64,000 nt of DNA from Squalus acanthias (taxonomy: Eukaryota): assembly GCA_030390025.1 (NCBI GenBank), contig CM059438.1, forward strand, positions 62,870,001 to 62,934,000. The letters are read 5' to 3'. A program made the translations under genes and the position numbers. Within the stretch, counting starts at the first letter, position 1. The number at the start of each line of letters is the position of its first letter. The notes under the pieces are model-generated. The model did not search any database. It was given only the letters and a program-made list of their open reading frames with translations, and was not told where the DNA came from. Positions 25,192 to 37,114 of the stretch are shown one piece after another.

Positions 25192-25480
25192 AATTTTCTA
25201 CCTTCCTTTTCCTGAAGTCATTGGCTTGTTGCCGGGCTGTCGGCCACTCATCAATATCTCACTCGAGAGGGCATTCTTCATGTGCCACCTTTGGCGGCAA
25301 GTGTTAGCAGGCCATTAAACTGTGGATGGCATTGCAGCTGAGCTAGCTTCAGTTCTCACCCCACATCCACACACGGGTGTCACCAACAGGGTCACTGGAT
25401 AGAGATCAGGGGCACAAACGTTGGCCAATTTTATCCCCCACCCCCATTCTCCCAAGAAAGGCTACTGAGGTCCATTGTTG
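25192..25480 (-). mobile_element. SINE family C
   Basis: CATTCTTCATGTG...CAGGGGTCACTGGATAG-like body shared with the other family C copies. Confidence 0.55.
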
Positions 25481-25847
25481 TGCTGAATGCCCAGCATCTG
25501 ACCTTTGAACTCCTGAGGTTCTTGGAAAAATATATATGATCCTTTAATTTTTTTTTTAAGAGCTATTTGTTCTTTGTCAGAGAATCAGAGCAGCATTTTA
25601 AAAATGTGAGGCATATTAAACGGTCAGGGTGGAGTTAGCCTTACTCTACATCGAACTGTGCTAATCCTGTCCTAGCAGTGCTTGACGCTGTACCTGTGTT
25701 GGCAACGTGTTCTATTCCCTTCCCTTTAATGAGTAGTACAAAAATAAATACTGAACTCCACGTGCATAATGCACCATCGGTGCTAAAATCAGGGGAGCAA
25801 GGACTGGTCTTGGTTGTTGGCTAAAAAATATACAAGTCCGATGCAAA

Positions 25848-26160
25848 GTGTCAGCTTGGCACAGTTAGTAGAAGACTCTTCTCGGAGTCCAAAGGTCATG
25901 GATTTAAGCCAGGACCTGAGCACACTACAAAGATGCACCGAGGGAGTGCTGCATTGTCAGAAGTGCTGTCTTTCAGATGAGACGTTAAAGCAGTGTGATG
26001 TGTGCCTGTTCCAGGTGGATGTAAAAGATCCCACAGTTTTTGAAGAGCGGTCTGTTCTCCTGGTGTCACATCCAACACCACCAAAAACAGTTGAGTTTGT
26101 CATTTATCTGTTTGTGGGACCTTGCTGTGTGCAAATTGGCTGCCACGTTTGCCTACATAA
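25848..26160 (+). mobile_element. SacSINE1-like Deu-SINE
   Basis: GTGTCAGCTTGGCACAGTTAGTAG head, Deu core. Confidence 0.8.
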
Positions 26161-26174
26161 TATTATTACCTCCA

Positions 26175-26820
26175 GGGTGCGCCACCTTCTGTCCTCTCTG
26201 CCTGTCTGTTCCTTCTTCATATTAGACACCTTCTTCACTCATTACCAGAGTGCATTCGCTGGTTTGCTAATGATTCCACTTTACATTTGTCAGTTTTCAT
26301 CAGATCACAGTGTGCACAATCTCGAGTCAACTTGCAGTGCAAAGGCTGAAATCACTACATTTAGATCTCCATTCCCTTTTATGAGGCAGTGAAAACCTTG
26401 TTTCCTTCGATTCTTCAAAGACGCAGTTTATTTGTCTCCCATAAATCCAACCAACAGTTGCCACCTCTTAAACCTTTGGTGCACCCTTAATCATTCATCT
26501 ATCGACATTCTTGGCCTCACAATCTCCCCTGACCTCAAATTGAACTTCCATCTCTCCATTACTAAAGGTGCCAAGTAGAAGCTCTATTTCCTCTTTGATA
26601 CCCAAATACTACTTTTCCTCTTAACAACTTTAGATGTTGTGCAAAGTCCAAACATGTCTAAGATTTGAAAACTGCTCCCATATTTGGGAGGCTCGAATTT
26701 CTTAACCCCCCACTTTTGGCCATTTTTTCCCCCTCCTTCCTGCAGTTTTCAGGCTTTTAAAACTCCAACTTGCCGTCATCTACTTCCCATCATACTCTGC
26801 CCTCCCTTATTCTGTTTTCT
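26175..26820 (+). mobile_element. Ancient LINE RT remnant (Jockey/CR1-Zenon-like)
   Basis: Manual translation GAPPSVLSACLFLLHI...FANDSTL, NLVSFDSSKTQ, IDILGLTISPDL, CSHIW. Confidence 0.65.
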
Positions 26821-28359
26821 AACCTGGTGGTGTCCTGCAGTATAGGGCTTTGGTTCTGCATCTTAGTTTCTCAAATTTTGGAAAGATAAATTAAAAGGCT
26901 TCTTTCGTGCCTCCCTGATGCTTGCTGCTTGGGGGAGGTGCTGAGTGGGGGCGGGGCGGTGCCCCTCTCTTCCTTGCACCACCCCCCACCCCACACAACC
27001 AAGTCAGGAGTGTGGGGTGGAACTTTGAAGGCAGCAATCTGGGACTGTGAAGCAATTTGGATCCAAGAAAAGATGGAAGGAAACTGGAGAGCAAAGCAGA
27101 GGGACCAAGACTGGGGAATAAAAAAATATTGGTGCTTGTCCGTATTGAGTGGATTTTTAATTTTTTAAGGACTGTTTTTACATTCTCATTGCACAAACGT
27201 CAAAGCTATTTTAAAAAAAAACCTTCGAACGCAGATTTCAGGTTTGTTTTTTTAAACCATGTACTGTACTTGTAGCAACCCCCATTTCACACAGGAAGGA
27301 CGTTTCACCTGTGTGAAAATTGCTATCGGCGAAATAACACTTTGCGGCCAGCAGCAGCATTTCAATGGAGGTCACGCCCGACGGCTTGTTCCAGAAATCT
27401 CTCAACCACAGCGTAAACAGAGGCCTCTCCGGTTACAAAGAGGACATGCCAATCGATGGTTAAACTGGCACAAGGTGCACCGGAGGCTGGTGACTGATAC
27501 CTATTTATATTCCAGGGTGAGGACAGCCTATGTAACTTGTGAACAGCAACCTCATGAGTTGTGTAGGTGGTGTTCATCAGTGAAATAGAAATAAGTATTT
27601 GCATGTTTCCCATTACATATTCCATCTGAGAACTGCTGGGACAAAAAGGAAAGTCAAAGGCAACTGAAGTTTCAAAAATATTTAGGGGCTTTTGTTTTGT
27701 TTCCTCCTTAAAGGGCACCAGTGTGGGTAGATTTTGCATTCACATTAGAGCATAATGAGCTAGTGTTCTATGGGCACCAGTCAGAATGATGGAATTTGCA
27801 ACAGTATGTCATTGGAGTTTGTATCGTACTGCACTATTTATCGGTCCATAAATGCAAGTTTTTTTCTTCTTTCTTTAATTCTTCTGCAGGTGAAGGTTTA
27901 TCTGTGCACTTTCCGGCCAGTGAGCTTTGTGGAAATGGATGTTGACACATTTTTTCATATCTCCAGTGATGCCTGTATTTGTGCTGGTGGGACTGCACTG
28001 TCCTCTGGTGGTTGAAGTCCCCCCCAAATTTTTCTCTGCTGTCCAGTTCCCTCCCAACACCTTCCTCCCTCCCTCCCTCAACCAACGCTAGTATGTGCTT
28101 GCCAGTATTGAGTTTTCTTTTGTGTATTTTCCTTTTGTTTTATTCGCTATCAGAGTCTCATTGTTGCCTCATACAATTGCACTTTATTACCATCAGGAAA
28201 ATGAGACGTTGTGGAGTTCTTGAGCCGACTGTGCCAGGAAGGTGAATGAACACACCGTGAGAAAATAGGTGAAACCACCCAGGATAATTTTTAAAAATTG
28301 TTTATAGGATGTGGGCGTTGCTGGCAAGGCCAGCATTTATTGCCCATCCCTAATTGCCC

Positions 28360-31060
28360 TCGAGAAGGTGGTGGTGAGTCGCCTTCTTGAACCGCTGCAG
28401 TCCGTGTGGTGAAGGTACTCCCACAGTGCTGTTAGGGAGGGAGTTCCAGGAGTTTGACCCAGGCACGATGAAGGATCGGCCGATATACTTCTAAGTCAGG
28501 ATGGTGTATGACTTGGAGGGGAACTTGGAGGTGGTGGTGTTCCCATGCGCCTGCTGCCCTTGTCCTTCTAGGTGGAAGAGGTCGTGAGTTTGGGAAGTGC
28601 TGCCGAAGAAACCTTGGCGAGTTGCTGCAGTGCATCTCGTAGCTGGTACACACTGCAGCCACGGTACGCCGGTGGTAGAGGGAGTGAATGTTTAAGGTGG
28701 TGGATGGGGTGCCAATCAAGTGGGCTGCTTTGTCCTGGATGGTGTCGAGCTTCTTGAGTGTTGTTGGAGCTGCACTCATCCAGGCAAGTGGAGAGTATTC
28801 CATCACACTCCTTACTTGTGCCTTGTAGATGTTGGAAAGGCTTTGGGGAGTCAGGAGGTGAGTCACTCGCCGCAGAATACCCAGCCTCTGACTGGCTCTT
28901 GTTGCCACAGTATTTATGTGGCTGGTCCAGTTAAGTTTCTGGTAAATGGTGATCCCCAGGATGTTGATGGTGGGGGATTTGGCGATGGTACTAGGGGAGG
29001 TGGTTAGACTCTCGCTTGTTGGAGATAGTCATTGCCTGGCACTTCTCTGGCGCGAATGTTACCTGCCACTTATCAGCCCAAGCCTGAACGTCGTCCAGGT
29101 CTTGTTGCATGCGGGCATGGACTGCTTCATTATTTGAGGAGTTGTGAATGGCACTGAACACTGTGCAGTCATCAGCGAACATCCCCATTTCTGACCTTAT
29201 GTTGGAGGGAAGGTCATTGATGAAGCAGCTGAAGGTGGTTGGGCCTAGGACACTGCCCTGAAGAACTCCTGCAGCAATGTCCTGGGGCTGTGATGATTGA
29301 CCTTCAACCACCACAACCATCTTCCTTTGTGCTAGGTATGACTTCAGCCAGTGGAGCGTTTCCCCCCAATTCCCATTGACTTCAGTTTTACTAGGGCTCC
29401 TTGATGCCACACTCAGTCAAATACTGCCTTGATGCCAAGGGCAGTCACTCTCACCTCACCTTTGAAATTCAGCTCCTTTGTCCATGTTTGGACCAAGGCT
29501 GTAATGAGGTCGGGAGCCGAGTGGTCTTGGTGGAACCCAAACTGGGCATCCGTGAGCAGGTTATTGGTGAGTAAGTGCCGCTTGATAGCACTGTCGATGA
29601 CACCTTCCATTACTTTGCTGATGATTGAGCGTAGACTGATGGGGCAGTAATTGGCCGGGTTGCTTTTGTCCTGTCGACAGGACATACCTGGGCAGTTTTC
29701 CACATTGTTGGATAGATGCCAGTGTTCTGGAGCACAAGTCTTCAGCACGATAGCCGGGATGTTGTCTGGGCCCATAGCCTTTGCTGTATCCAGTGCGCTC
29801 ACCCATTTCTTGATATCATGTGGAGTGAATCAAATTGGCTGAAGACTGGCTTCTGTGATGGTGGGGACCTCAGGAGTAGGCCAATATGGATCATCCACTC
29901 AGCACTTCTGGCTGAAGATGGTTGCAAACGCTTCAGTCTTATCTTTTGCACTCACGTGCTGGGTTCCACCATCATTGAGGATGGGGATATTTATGGAGCC
30001 TCCTCCTCCCGTTAGTTGTTTAATGGTCCACCACCATTCACCACTGGATGTGGCAGAACTGCAGAGCTTTGATCTGATCCATTGATTGTGGGATCGTTTA
30101 GCCCTGTCTATAGTATGCTGCTTCCGCTTTTTAGCGTGCATGTAGTCCTGTGTTGCAGCTTCCCTTGGATGGCACCTCATTTTTAGGTACGCCTGGTACT
30201 GCTCCTAGCAGGCTCTTCTACACTCCTTATTGAACCAGGGTTGGTCCCCTGGCTTGATGGTAATGGTAGAGTGAGGGATATGCCGGGCCATGAGGTTACA
30301 GATTGTGGTGGAATACAATTCTGCTGCTGCAGATGGCCCACAGCGCCTCATGGATGCCCAGTTTTGAGCTTCTCGATCTGTTCTGAATCCATCCCATTTA
30401 GCACAGTGGTAGTGCCACACAACACGATGGAGGGTGTCCTCAGTGTGAAGACGGGACTTCATCTCCACAATGGCTGTATGGTTGTCACTGCTACCAATGC
30501 TGTCATGGACAGATGCATCTGTGACAGGTAGATTGGTGAGGACGAGGTCAAGTAGGTTTTTTCCTCGTGTTGGTTCTCTCACCACCTGTCGCAGGCCCAG
30601 ACAGGCAGCTATGTCCTTCAGAGCTCGGTCAGTAGTGGTGCTACCGAGCCACTCCTGGTGATGGACATTGAAGTCCTCACCCAGAGTACATTCTGTGCCC
30701 TTGCTACTCTCAGTGCTTCTTCCAAGTGGTGTTCAACATGGAGGAGTACTGATTCATCAGCTGAGGGAGGGCGGTAGGTGGTAATCAGCAGGAGGTTTCC
30801 TTGCCCATGCTTGACCTGAAGTCATGAGACTTCATGGGGTCCGGAGTCAATGTTGAGGACTCCCAGGGCCAGTACTTCCCGACTGTATACCACTGCCTCC
30901 ACCCCTGGTGGGTCTGTCCTGCCGGGACATACCCAGGGATGGTGATGGAGGAGTTTGGGACATTGGCTGAAATGTATGATTCTGTGAGTATGACTATGTC
31001 AGGCTGTTGCTTGACTAGTCTGTGGGACAGCTCTCCCAATTTGGGTGAGGAGGACTTTGC
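28360..31060 (-). pseudogene. APE endonuclease-reverse transcriptase ORF, frameshifted
   Basis: Collinear ORF pieces 30785-31039, 30205-30585, 29899-30180, 29413-29802, 28991-29410 and 28432-28908. Confidence 0.9.
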
Positions 31061-31349
31061 AGGGTTGACTATTGTTTTCGTAGTGGTTTGTTACAACTGA
31101 GTGAGTGGCTTGCTAAGGCCATTTCAGAGGGCAGTTAAGAGTCAACCACATTGCTGTGGGTCTGGAGTCACATTTAGGCCAGACCGAGTAAGGGCGGCAG
31201 ATTTCCTTCCTAAAGGACATTAGTGAACCAGATGGGTTTTTACGACAATCCGATAGTTTCATAGCTACCATTACTGATACTAGTAATTATTCCAGATTTA
31301 CTTAATTTATTTAATTAACTGAATTTAAATTCCCCAGCTGCCGTGGTGG

Positions 31350-31431
31350 GATTTGAACTCGCGTGTCTGGATCATTAGTCCAGGCTTCTGGATTACTAGC
31401 CCAGTGACATTACCACTACGCTACCGTTCCC
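31350..31431 (-). promoter_or_regulatory. Type 2 Pol III internal promoter (tRNA-like head)
   Basis: A box TAGCGTAGTGG (31423-31413); B box GTTCAAATC (31358-31350); CTGGG-CTAGTAA-TCCAG anticodon-like arm. Confidence 0.8.
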
Positions 31432-31559
31432 ATATGACACAGTATCTATTGACTGTCTATTGACCAACTTTGTTTTATCAAGCACAAAAACTTCAAGCCA
31501 ATATTCCCCCATTACTGTCACCGCTCACTGATTTTCCCTTTATTCTCTCTCCCCTCATA

Positions 31560-31835
31560 ACATTTTCTTCCTAGTTTCTTGAAAGTTGGGTCCGGTTCCA
31601 TGGGCATGGGCCGCATTGACCACCCCAAGTGGCCATTTTTCATGGATGATCTCAGCCTGTGTGGGCTGGAAGGCTGTGTGACTGTGGAAGGTGTCTCCGC
31701 TCTTTTCATCCGATCATGCGGGAGGTCAGTGGACAAAGGCCAGGAGTGGAACCCAGGCTGATTTACTTCTCTTTGTCCCCACGCACCCACCCCATGCCAC
31801 TGAAGTCAATTGGCTGAGATCACCTAACTCAGCAC
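31560..31835 (-). mobile_element. SINE family C
   Basis: CCCAAGTGGCCATTTTTCAT...GGAACCCAGGCTGATTT...GGCTGAGATCACCTAACTCAGCACA. Confidence 0.65.
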
Positions 31836-31846
31836 AAGAGCGAGAC

Positions 31847-32213
31847 CTTCAGTGCAGCACTGAGGGAGTGCTGCACTGTCAGAGGTGCTGCCTTTCGGAC
31901 AAGACGTGGAACAGGGTCTGTCCACTCGGACGTAAAAGATCCCATGGCACTATTTCAAAGAAGAGCAGGGGAGTTCTCCCCGGTGTCCTGGAAAATATTT
32001 ATCCCTCAACAAGCATAATTTAAAAACAAAACCCACATTATCTGGTCATTTGACACATTATTATTTATGGGAGCTTGCTGTGTGCAAAGTGGCTGCCGGG
32101 TTTCCTACATTACAACAGTGACTACACTTCAAAAAGTAATTAATTGGCTGTAACACGTGTTGAGACCTCCTGAGGTCGTGAAAGGCGCTATAGAAATGCA
32201 AGTCTTTCTTTTA
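31847..32213 (+). mobile_element. SacSINE1-like Deu-SINE (head truncated)
   Basis: Deu core through the GCGCTATAGAAATGCAAGTCTTTC tail. Confidence 0.9.
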
Positions 32214-32498
32214 ATTTGCTGTCTTTCAAAGTCCTGGTGACTTCTGTCTTTGTGTACAGAGGCACCAGAACAATGATGCTTTGTTCCATGAAGTTGGATG
32301 TTGCAATACACAGTCAACACCTCCCTCAGATTACATGCTTAAAACAGAAGGAGACTGTGATTTCATCAGCTTTGCCCTGATATTGCTTCCTGTTAATGGC
32401 GCTACTGATGCGCACATAATGGAAACTAAAGTTGGGGGCTTGGCTTGGGTCCTGGTGCAGCCTGTGCTGGAAGCGCAGCTGCCGTACTGCTGCAACAA

Positions 32499-32702
32499 TA
32501 CAATAGCAAAATACGGCAGATGCTGGAAATCTGAAGTAACAACAGAAAATGCTGGAAACGCTCAGCAGGTCAGGCAGCATCCCTGGGGAGATAAGCAGAT
32601 TTAACATGACGAAGGGTCACAGACCTGAAACGTTAAATCTGTTTCTCTCTCCACGGATGCTGCCTGACCTGCTGAGTGTTCCCAGCATTTTCTGTTGTTA
32701 TT
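32499..32702. mobile_element. Penelope terminal fold-back (inverted pLTR pair)
   Basis: 32546-32604 is complementary to 32632-32701; right arm carries TGACGA-AGGGTC-ACA-GACCT-GAAACGTT. Confidence 0.85.
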
Positions 32703-32931
32703 GCAGCACCACTGTGTTGGTCCTCAGAGTTCACTGTGCAACAGTGCTGGAAATGTCTTCCTTTCCTCTCCCCTCGACCCTCTTCCCTCCCCCCTCCTCC
32801 CACAAGATGGTGACACATTCCTGTGTCATTCTTTGGGTGGTGGTATCCTCTCGTACATCATGCAAGTGGCTGTTTTTCATGTGTAACTGGAGATAGTGTG
32901 GGCGGGGTGAGGGTATCATAGTTGAGCCCAA

Positions 32932-33560
32932 TCAACAACAACTTGTCTTTATATAGCGCCTTTAACGTAGTAAAACCAAGGCGCTTCACAGGAGCGTTAT
33001 AAAACAAAATTTGACACCGAGCCACATAAGGATATTAGGGCAGATGACCAAAAGCTTGGTCAAAGAGGTAGGTTTTAAGGAGCGTCATAAAGGAGGAAAG
33101 AGAGGCGGAGAGGTTTAGGGAGGGAATTCCAGAGTTCAGGGCCTTGGCAGCTGAAGGCACGGCCGCCAATGGTGCAACGATCAGGGATGCTCAAGAGGGC
33201 GGAATAAGAGTTGTGCAGATAGCTGGGGGGGTGGGGGCCGCGGGGTGTTGTGGGGCTGGAGGAGATTACAGAGATAGGGAGGGGCGAGGCCATGGAGGGA
33301 TTTGAAAACAAGGATGAGATATTTGAAATCGAGGCATTGCTTAACCAGAGTCAATGTAGGTCAGCGAGCACAGGGGTGATGGGCGAACGGGACTTGGTGC
33401 GAGTTAGGACATGGGCAGCCGAGTTTTGGATGACCTCCAGTTTACGGAGGGTAGAATGTGGGAGGGCAGCCAGGAGTGCGTTGGAATAGTCAAGTCTAGA
33501 GGTAACAAAGGCATGGATGAGGGTTTCAGCAGCAGAGAAGCTGAGGCAAGGGGCGGAGTC
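32932..33560 (-). mobile_element. L2 3' fragment
   Basis: IGGRAFSCQGPELWNSLP; HAFVTSRLDYSNALL region; (CAA)n tail. Confidence 0.9.
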
Positions 33561-33663
33561 GGACGATTGCCCTCAACCAATGTCGCGACGTGCACACTTC
33601 ACAACGGCTGTTGCTGGACAGTGAGCCAGATCCCAGGATCTAGGAGCATAGGAACACAAGTAG

Positions 33664-33805
33664 CAATGTTCCCAATAAGCTGCGTGGCCGCGCAGCACCC
33701 TGCAGCTTCTTCATAGCCGTCTCACCGGCTTGTACCGAGGAAAAAATGCGCATGTGCGGTACTTTGAATGGGCCGGGCACCCAAAAACAATTTAGGGGAA
33801 CATTG
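33664..33805. mobile_element. hAT-type MITE inserted in a CR1 tail
   Basis: TIRs CAATGTTCCC / GGGAACATTG; 8-bp TSD ACAAGTAG / ATGAGTAG. Confidence 0.8.
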
Positions 33806-34561
33806 ATGAGTAGGGTTTTCAGCCCCTCGAACCTGCTCTGCTATTCAATTAGATCATGTCTGATCTGTATCTTAACTGCATCTCCACCCGCCTTAGATAA
33901 ATTTTTCTTGTCTGTCCAAAGTTCAGGGGTGCTGAGGCCAATCGGCTAACACAGCACAGATTGGCGATGAAACCCGTGACTTTGTGGTCTGTATGTATGG
34001 TTACCGTAGCACAATGCACAGTCCATTTATTCACTGAGGATTGTGCTGCGATATTCTTTGCCACGGTTTCAGAGCCGACACGGTGACATGTTATGTTTCC
34101 AATTTTGTTATTGGTATACAAACAGGATCGTATCTCGAGACTTCGCTATGGCAACAGCTTCTCCCTTAACTTTTTGTTAATGAGATTCTGTAGTTCATTT
34201 ATTCAGAGATACAGATAAACTGATTGCAATCTGTGTTTCAACAGTCAGGATGCAGAGCCCAAGAACCACTTTCTGCCTGCAAGTTGGACAGGGTCCTGCC
34301 TGTCTATCCTAATGCAGTCCACGGAGGCTTAATATAAAACTAAGCAAGCCGTTATCTGTAGACTTCACACATTGTTGTCTGTGGATAGTTCCATCGGTGC
34401 ACCAGATAGCAGCTGCTTCTGTTTGTAAAGAGCAATTTTCTTGAGGAAGTGGCTTCCTGCGATCTAATCTAATTCAATGTTTTTGTTTTACTGGGCGTGG
34501 GGGTAAGGGTATCCAACCTGGGGCCTCGCAGCCCTGGCAATCTTATTCTCAAAGGTACGAC

Positions 34562-34658
34562 AACATAAGAACATAAGAAATAGGAGCAGGAGTAGGCCAA
34601 TTGGCCCCGCGAGCCTGCTCCGCCATTCAATAAGATCATGGCTGATCTGATCCTAACC
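34562..34658 (-). mobile_element. Short CR1 3' tail, same subfamily as 43305-43406
   Basis: Near-identical GGTTAGGATCAGATCAGCC...ATTGGCCTACTCC. Confidence 0.85.
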
Positions 34659-35348
34659 CGGACCCGTTTGCCCATATTGCAATGCCATTCATGTTTATCA
34701 AATCAGCCGTGTGTTTATTTCCTGTTCCTCCGACTCGCGCAGTTACTTTCCTCTCCCTCTCTCAGGAGTCCTACCCTGGTTTGGTTTTACACTTTCAATA
34801 CGTGGTTTTGGGTTTGGGTCTGGGCGTTCTTTTTGTATTGGTCTCGAGGGTGACGGCAGGCTGTTTGATTCGGAGCGTTGTAGTGGAGCTAAATCCTGGC
34901 CTCACCCAGGTCCACTTTCCAGCATGAGTCACTGGATAGAAATCTGGGCCGTGACCCATGGTCAAGTTTTCCCCTCTGCAACTTAAGGGCACTGAAGCCA
35001 CTTTTTGCACTCGAGCTGCTGGTGTGGCTGGGACCAGATCCCGGTCCACGCCCAAGCTGGGGATCAGTCCCAGGCTCAGGCCCTTCCTGCTCTGTATGGC
35101 TTAGTGATACACTGGGAAATAGAATGCACGAATGTCACTCTGCACATAGACTCATCCGAACTACAACTTCCCGACTGCAATTTGCGTATCGCCTTACCCT
35201 AAATGTAAAATCAAACTGGGGTGGGATTTACAAACAGCAAGTCACGGCATAATCTGTGAATGGGCCACTCTCTTGTTAATTAAAATGGATTCTTTTGCTT
35301 TAACGGGTTCAATTTCCAAACAGCTCAAACTTTATTCTTTCCCTAAAG

Positions 35349-35809
35349 GACTTGCATTTATATAGCGCCTTTCACAACCTCAGGACGTCCTAAAGCGCTT
35401 TACAGGCAATGAAGTACTTTTGAAGTGTAGTCACTGTTGTAATGTGGGAAACGCGGCAGACAATTTATGCACAGCAAGCTCCCACAAACAGCAATGTGAG
35501 AGTGACCAGATAATCTGTGTTTTTTTAATGTTGGTTGAAGGATAAATATTGGCCAGGACACCGGGAATAACTCCCCTGCTCTCTTCGAAATAGTGCCATG
35601 GGATCTTTTACGTCCACCTGAGAGAGCAGACGGGGCCTCGGTTTAACGTCTCATCTGAAAGATGGTACCTCTGACAGTGAAGCACTCCCTCAGCACTGCA
35701 CTGGAGTGTCAGCCTTGATTTTTGTGCTCAAGTCTCTGGAGTGGGACTTGAACCCACAACCTTCTGACTCGGAGGCGAGGGTGCTACCCACTGAGCCACA
35801 GCTGACACA
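35349..35809 (-). mobile_element. Full-length SacSINE1-like Deu-SINE
   Basis: tRNA head with A/B boxes (TGGCTCAGTGG, GGTTCAAGTCC), Deu core, L2-like tail. Confidence 0.93.
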
Positions 35810-36350
35810 AAATGGGAATAACACAGCGGAAGTCTTTAATTTTATAATTTCCATTAACAGAGTACGCTAGGACTTCTTGTTTACAAGCTCCATCTCCATC
35901 CAGTTTTAACAGATGAGGCCCAAGGTGTGACCGATAACCTCTGAGTTGAAGGGAGCAGGAGTTGCCTTCTGCAAACATGAAGCTCGGCAAGTTCGGCCAA
36001 CAGGTGACCAAGGTGACAGAAAGATATTGTGCTTACAGATTTGGGCTCCTGTACAAACTGTGATGCTTTACAACAAGTGAAGAGTCAAATAGTCACCGTA
36101 TAATTCTAATTTAAAAAAAAGATTCAATTATAGAATCATAGAAGTTTACGGCATAGAAGGAAGCCATTCAGCCCATCGTGTCTGTGCCGGAATTATAATA
36201 AGATATAATGTGTACCTAAATGCAACATCTAACACCAAAAAGGTTTTTAAAAAAAAGACTTGCGTTTATATAGCGCCTTTCACAACCTCAGGACGTCCCA
36301 AAGCGTTTTACAGCCAATGAAGTACTTTTGAAGTGTAGTCACTGTTATAA

Positions 36351-37114
36351 TGGGCCAGAAATTCGGCTTTCCGGCTTCCTGCGGGTGCAAGCATCGCGCG
36401 CGTACTTACCTACCGCGCCTGCAGTTGTACTTTGGGCCCACGAGGACTTCGGGTCCTGGGCCTCCTCCAGCTGCCGGCGCGCAGTGCTTGCGTATCCCAG
36501 GGGCGCAGTTAGTTCGAAGCGTCCCCTGGGATCACGGGGGCCATGGAGAGCCAATCCTAGCAGGGCATTTTCATTCATAGATTTGACCGGAAGACCTGTC
36601 AAATCTATGAATAGAGATCGGCCCCAAAACCACACTTAAACTTCAAATAAATTGGAAAAAAAATCACATTTTTAAAATAACTATAAGTTAAATAAATTAA
36701 CTACTTTAAACAAAAAATTTAATTTTTGAAAAATTAATTATACTTTTTAACGGTGCTAAAAATAAACTTATCTTTCTTTAAAGTATCTAAAAAAAATAAA
36801 CCTGTTGAAAAACTGTTTAAATTGTAATTAATTAACCACTTACCTTGTTAAAAACAGGCCTTGCGCCTCCTTTTTAATAGTGCAGCTTCTCCATACTTAC
36901 CTTCCTGGAGAAACGTGAAAAAAAACCTGAAGTTCGCTGCGTGCGCGCAGCCTCTCCCGCGCACGCGTTGGACTTCTGAACCCCTCCCTTCAGGGGAACG
37001 GAAGTTCCGGTTTCCCGCGCATGCGCAGTGCATGCAGGAAACTGGCACTTCAGGTGGCCTTACGGGTGAGTACACAGCGCGTACTCACCCGACAACAGCC
37101 GAATTTCTGGCCCA
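36351..37114. mobile_element. Harbinger-like MITE inserted in a Deu-SINE tail (36255-36350)
   Basis: Perfect 18-bp TIR TGGGCCAGAAATTCGGCT; GC-rich ends, AT-rich core; internal 15-bp hairpin at 36573-36612. Confidence 0.85.

Larger units (their letters stand above)
28288..31431 (-). mobile_element. Near full-length LINE family B: tRNA-derived 5' head, single APE-RT ORF, no ORF1
   Basis: Contiguous A/B-box head (31431-31340), AT-rich UTR, APE (PDIVILTESY, EPTRGKNLLDLVLT, SD), RT (QFGF, GVLQGSVLGP, FADD), family B tail. Confidence 0.85.

Noticed and set aside
25814..26392. 192-aa ORF
   Set aside because: Chance read-through across a Deu-SINE and an off-frame old LINE
27858..27925. Strong acceptor plus a 30-nt candidate micro-exon (GTGAAGG...GGCCA|GTGAGC)
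   Set aside because: The pyrimidine tract is a SINE/L2 tail (ATAAATGCAAGTTT) and the peptide is not recognisable; RNA-seq would be needed
31340..31431. Functional tRNA gene
   Set aside because: Extra duplicated segment, poor acceptor stem and no terminator; it is a retroelement head, as are the SINE heads
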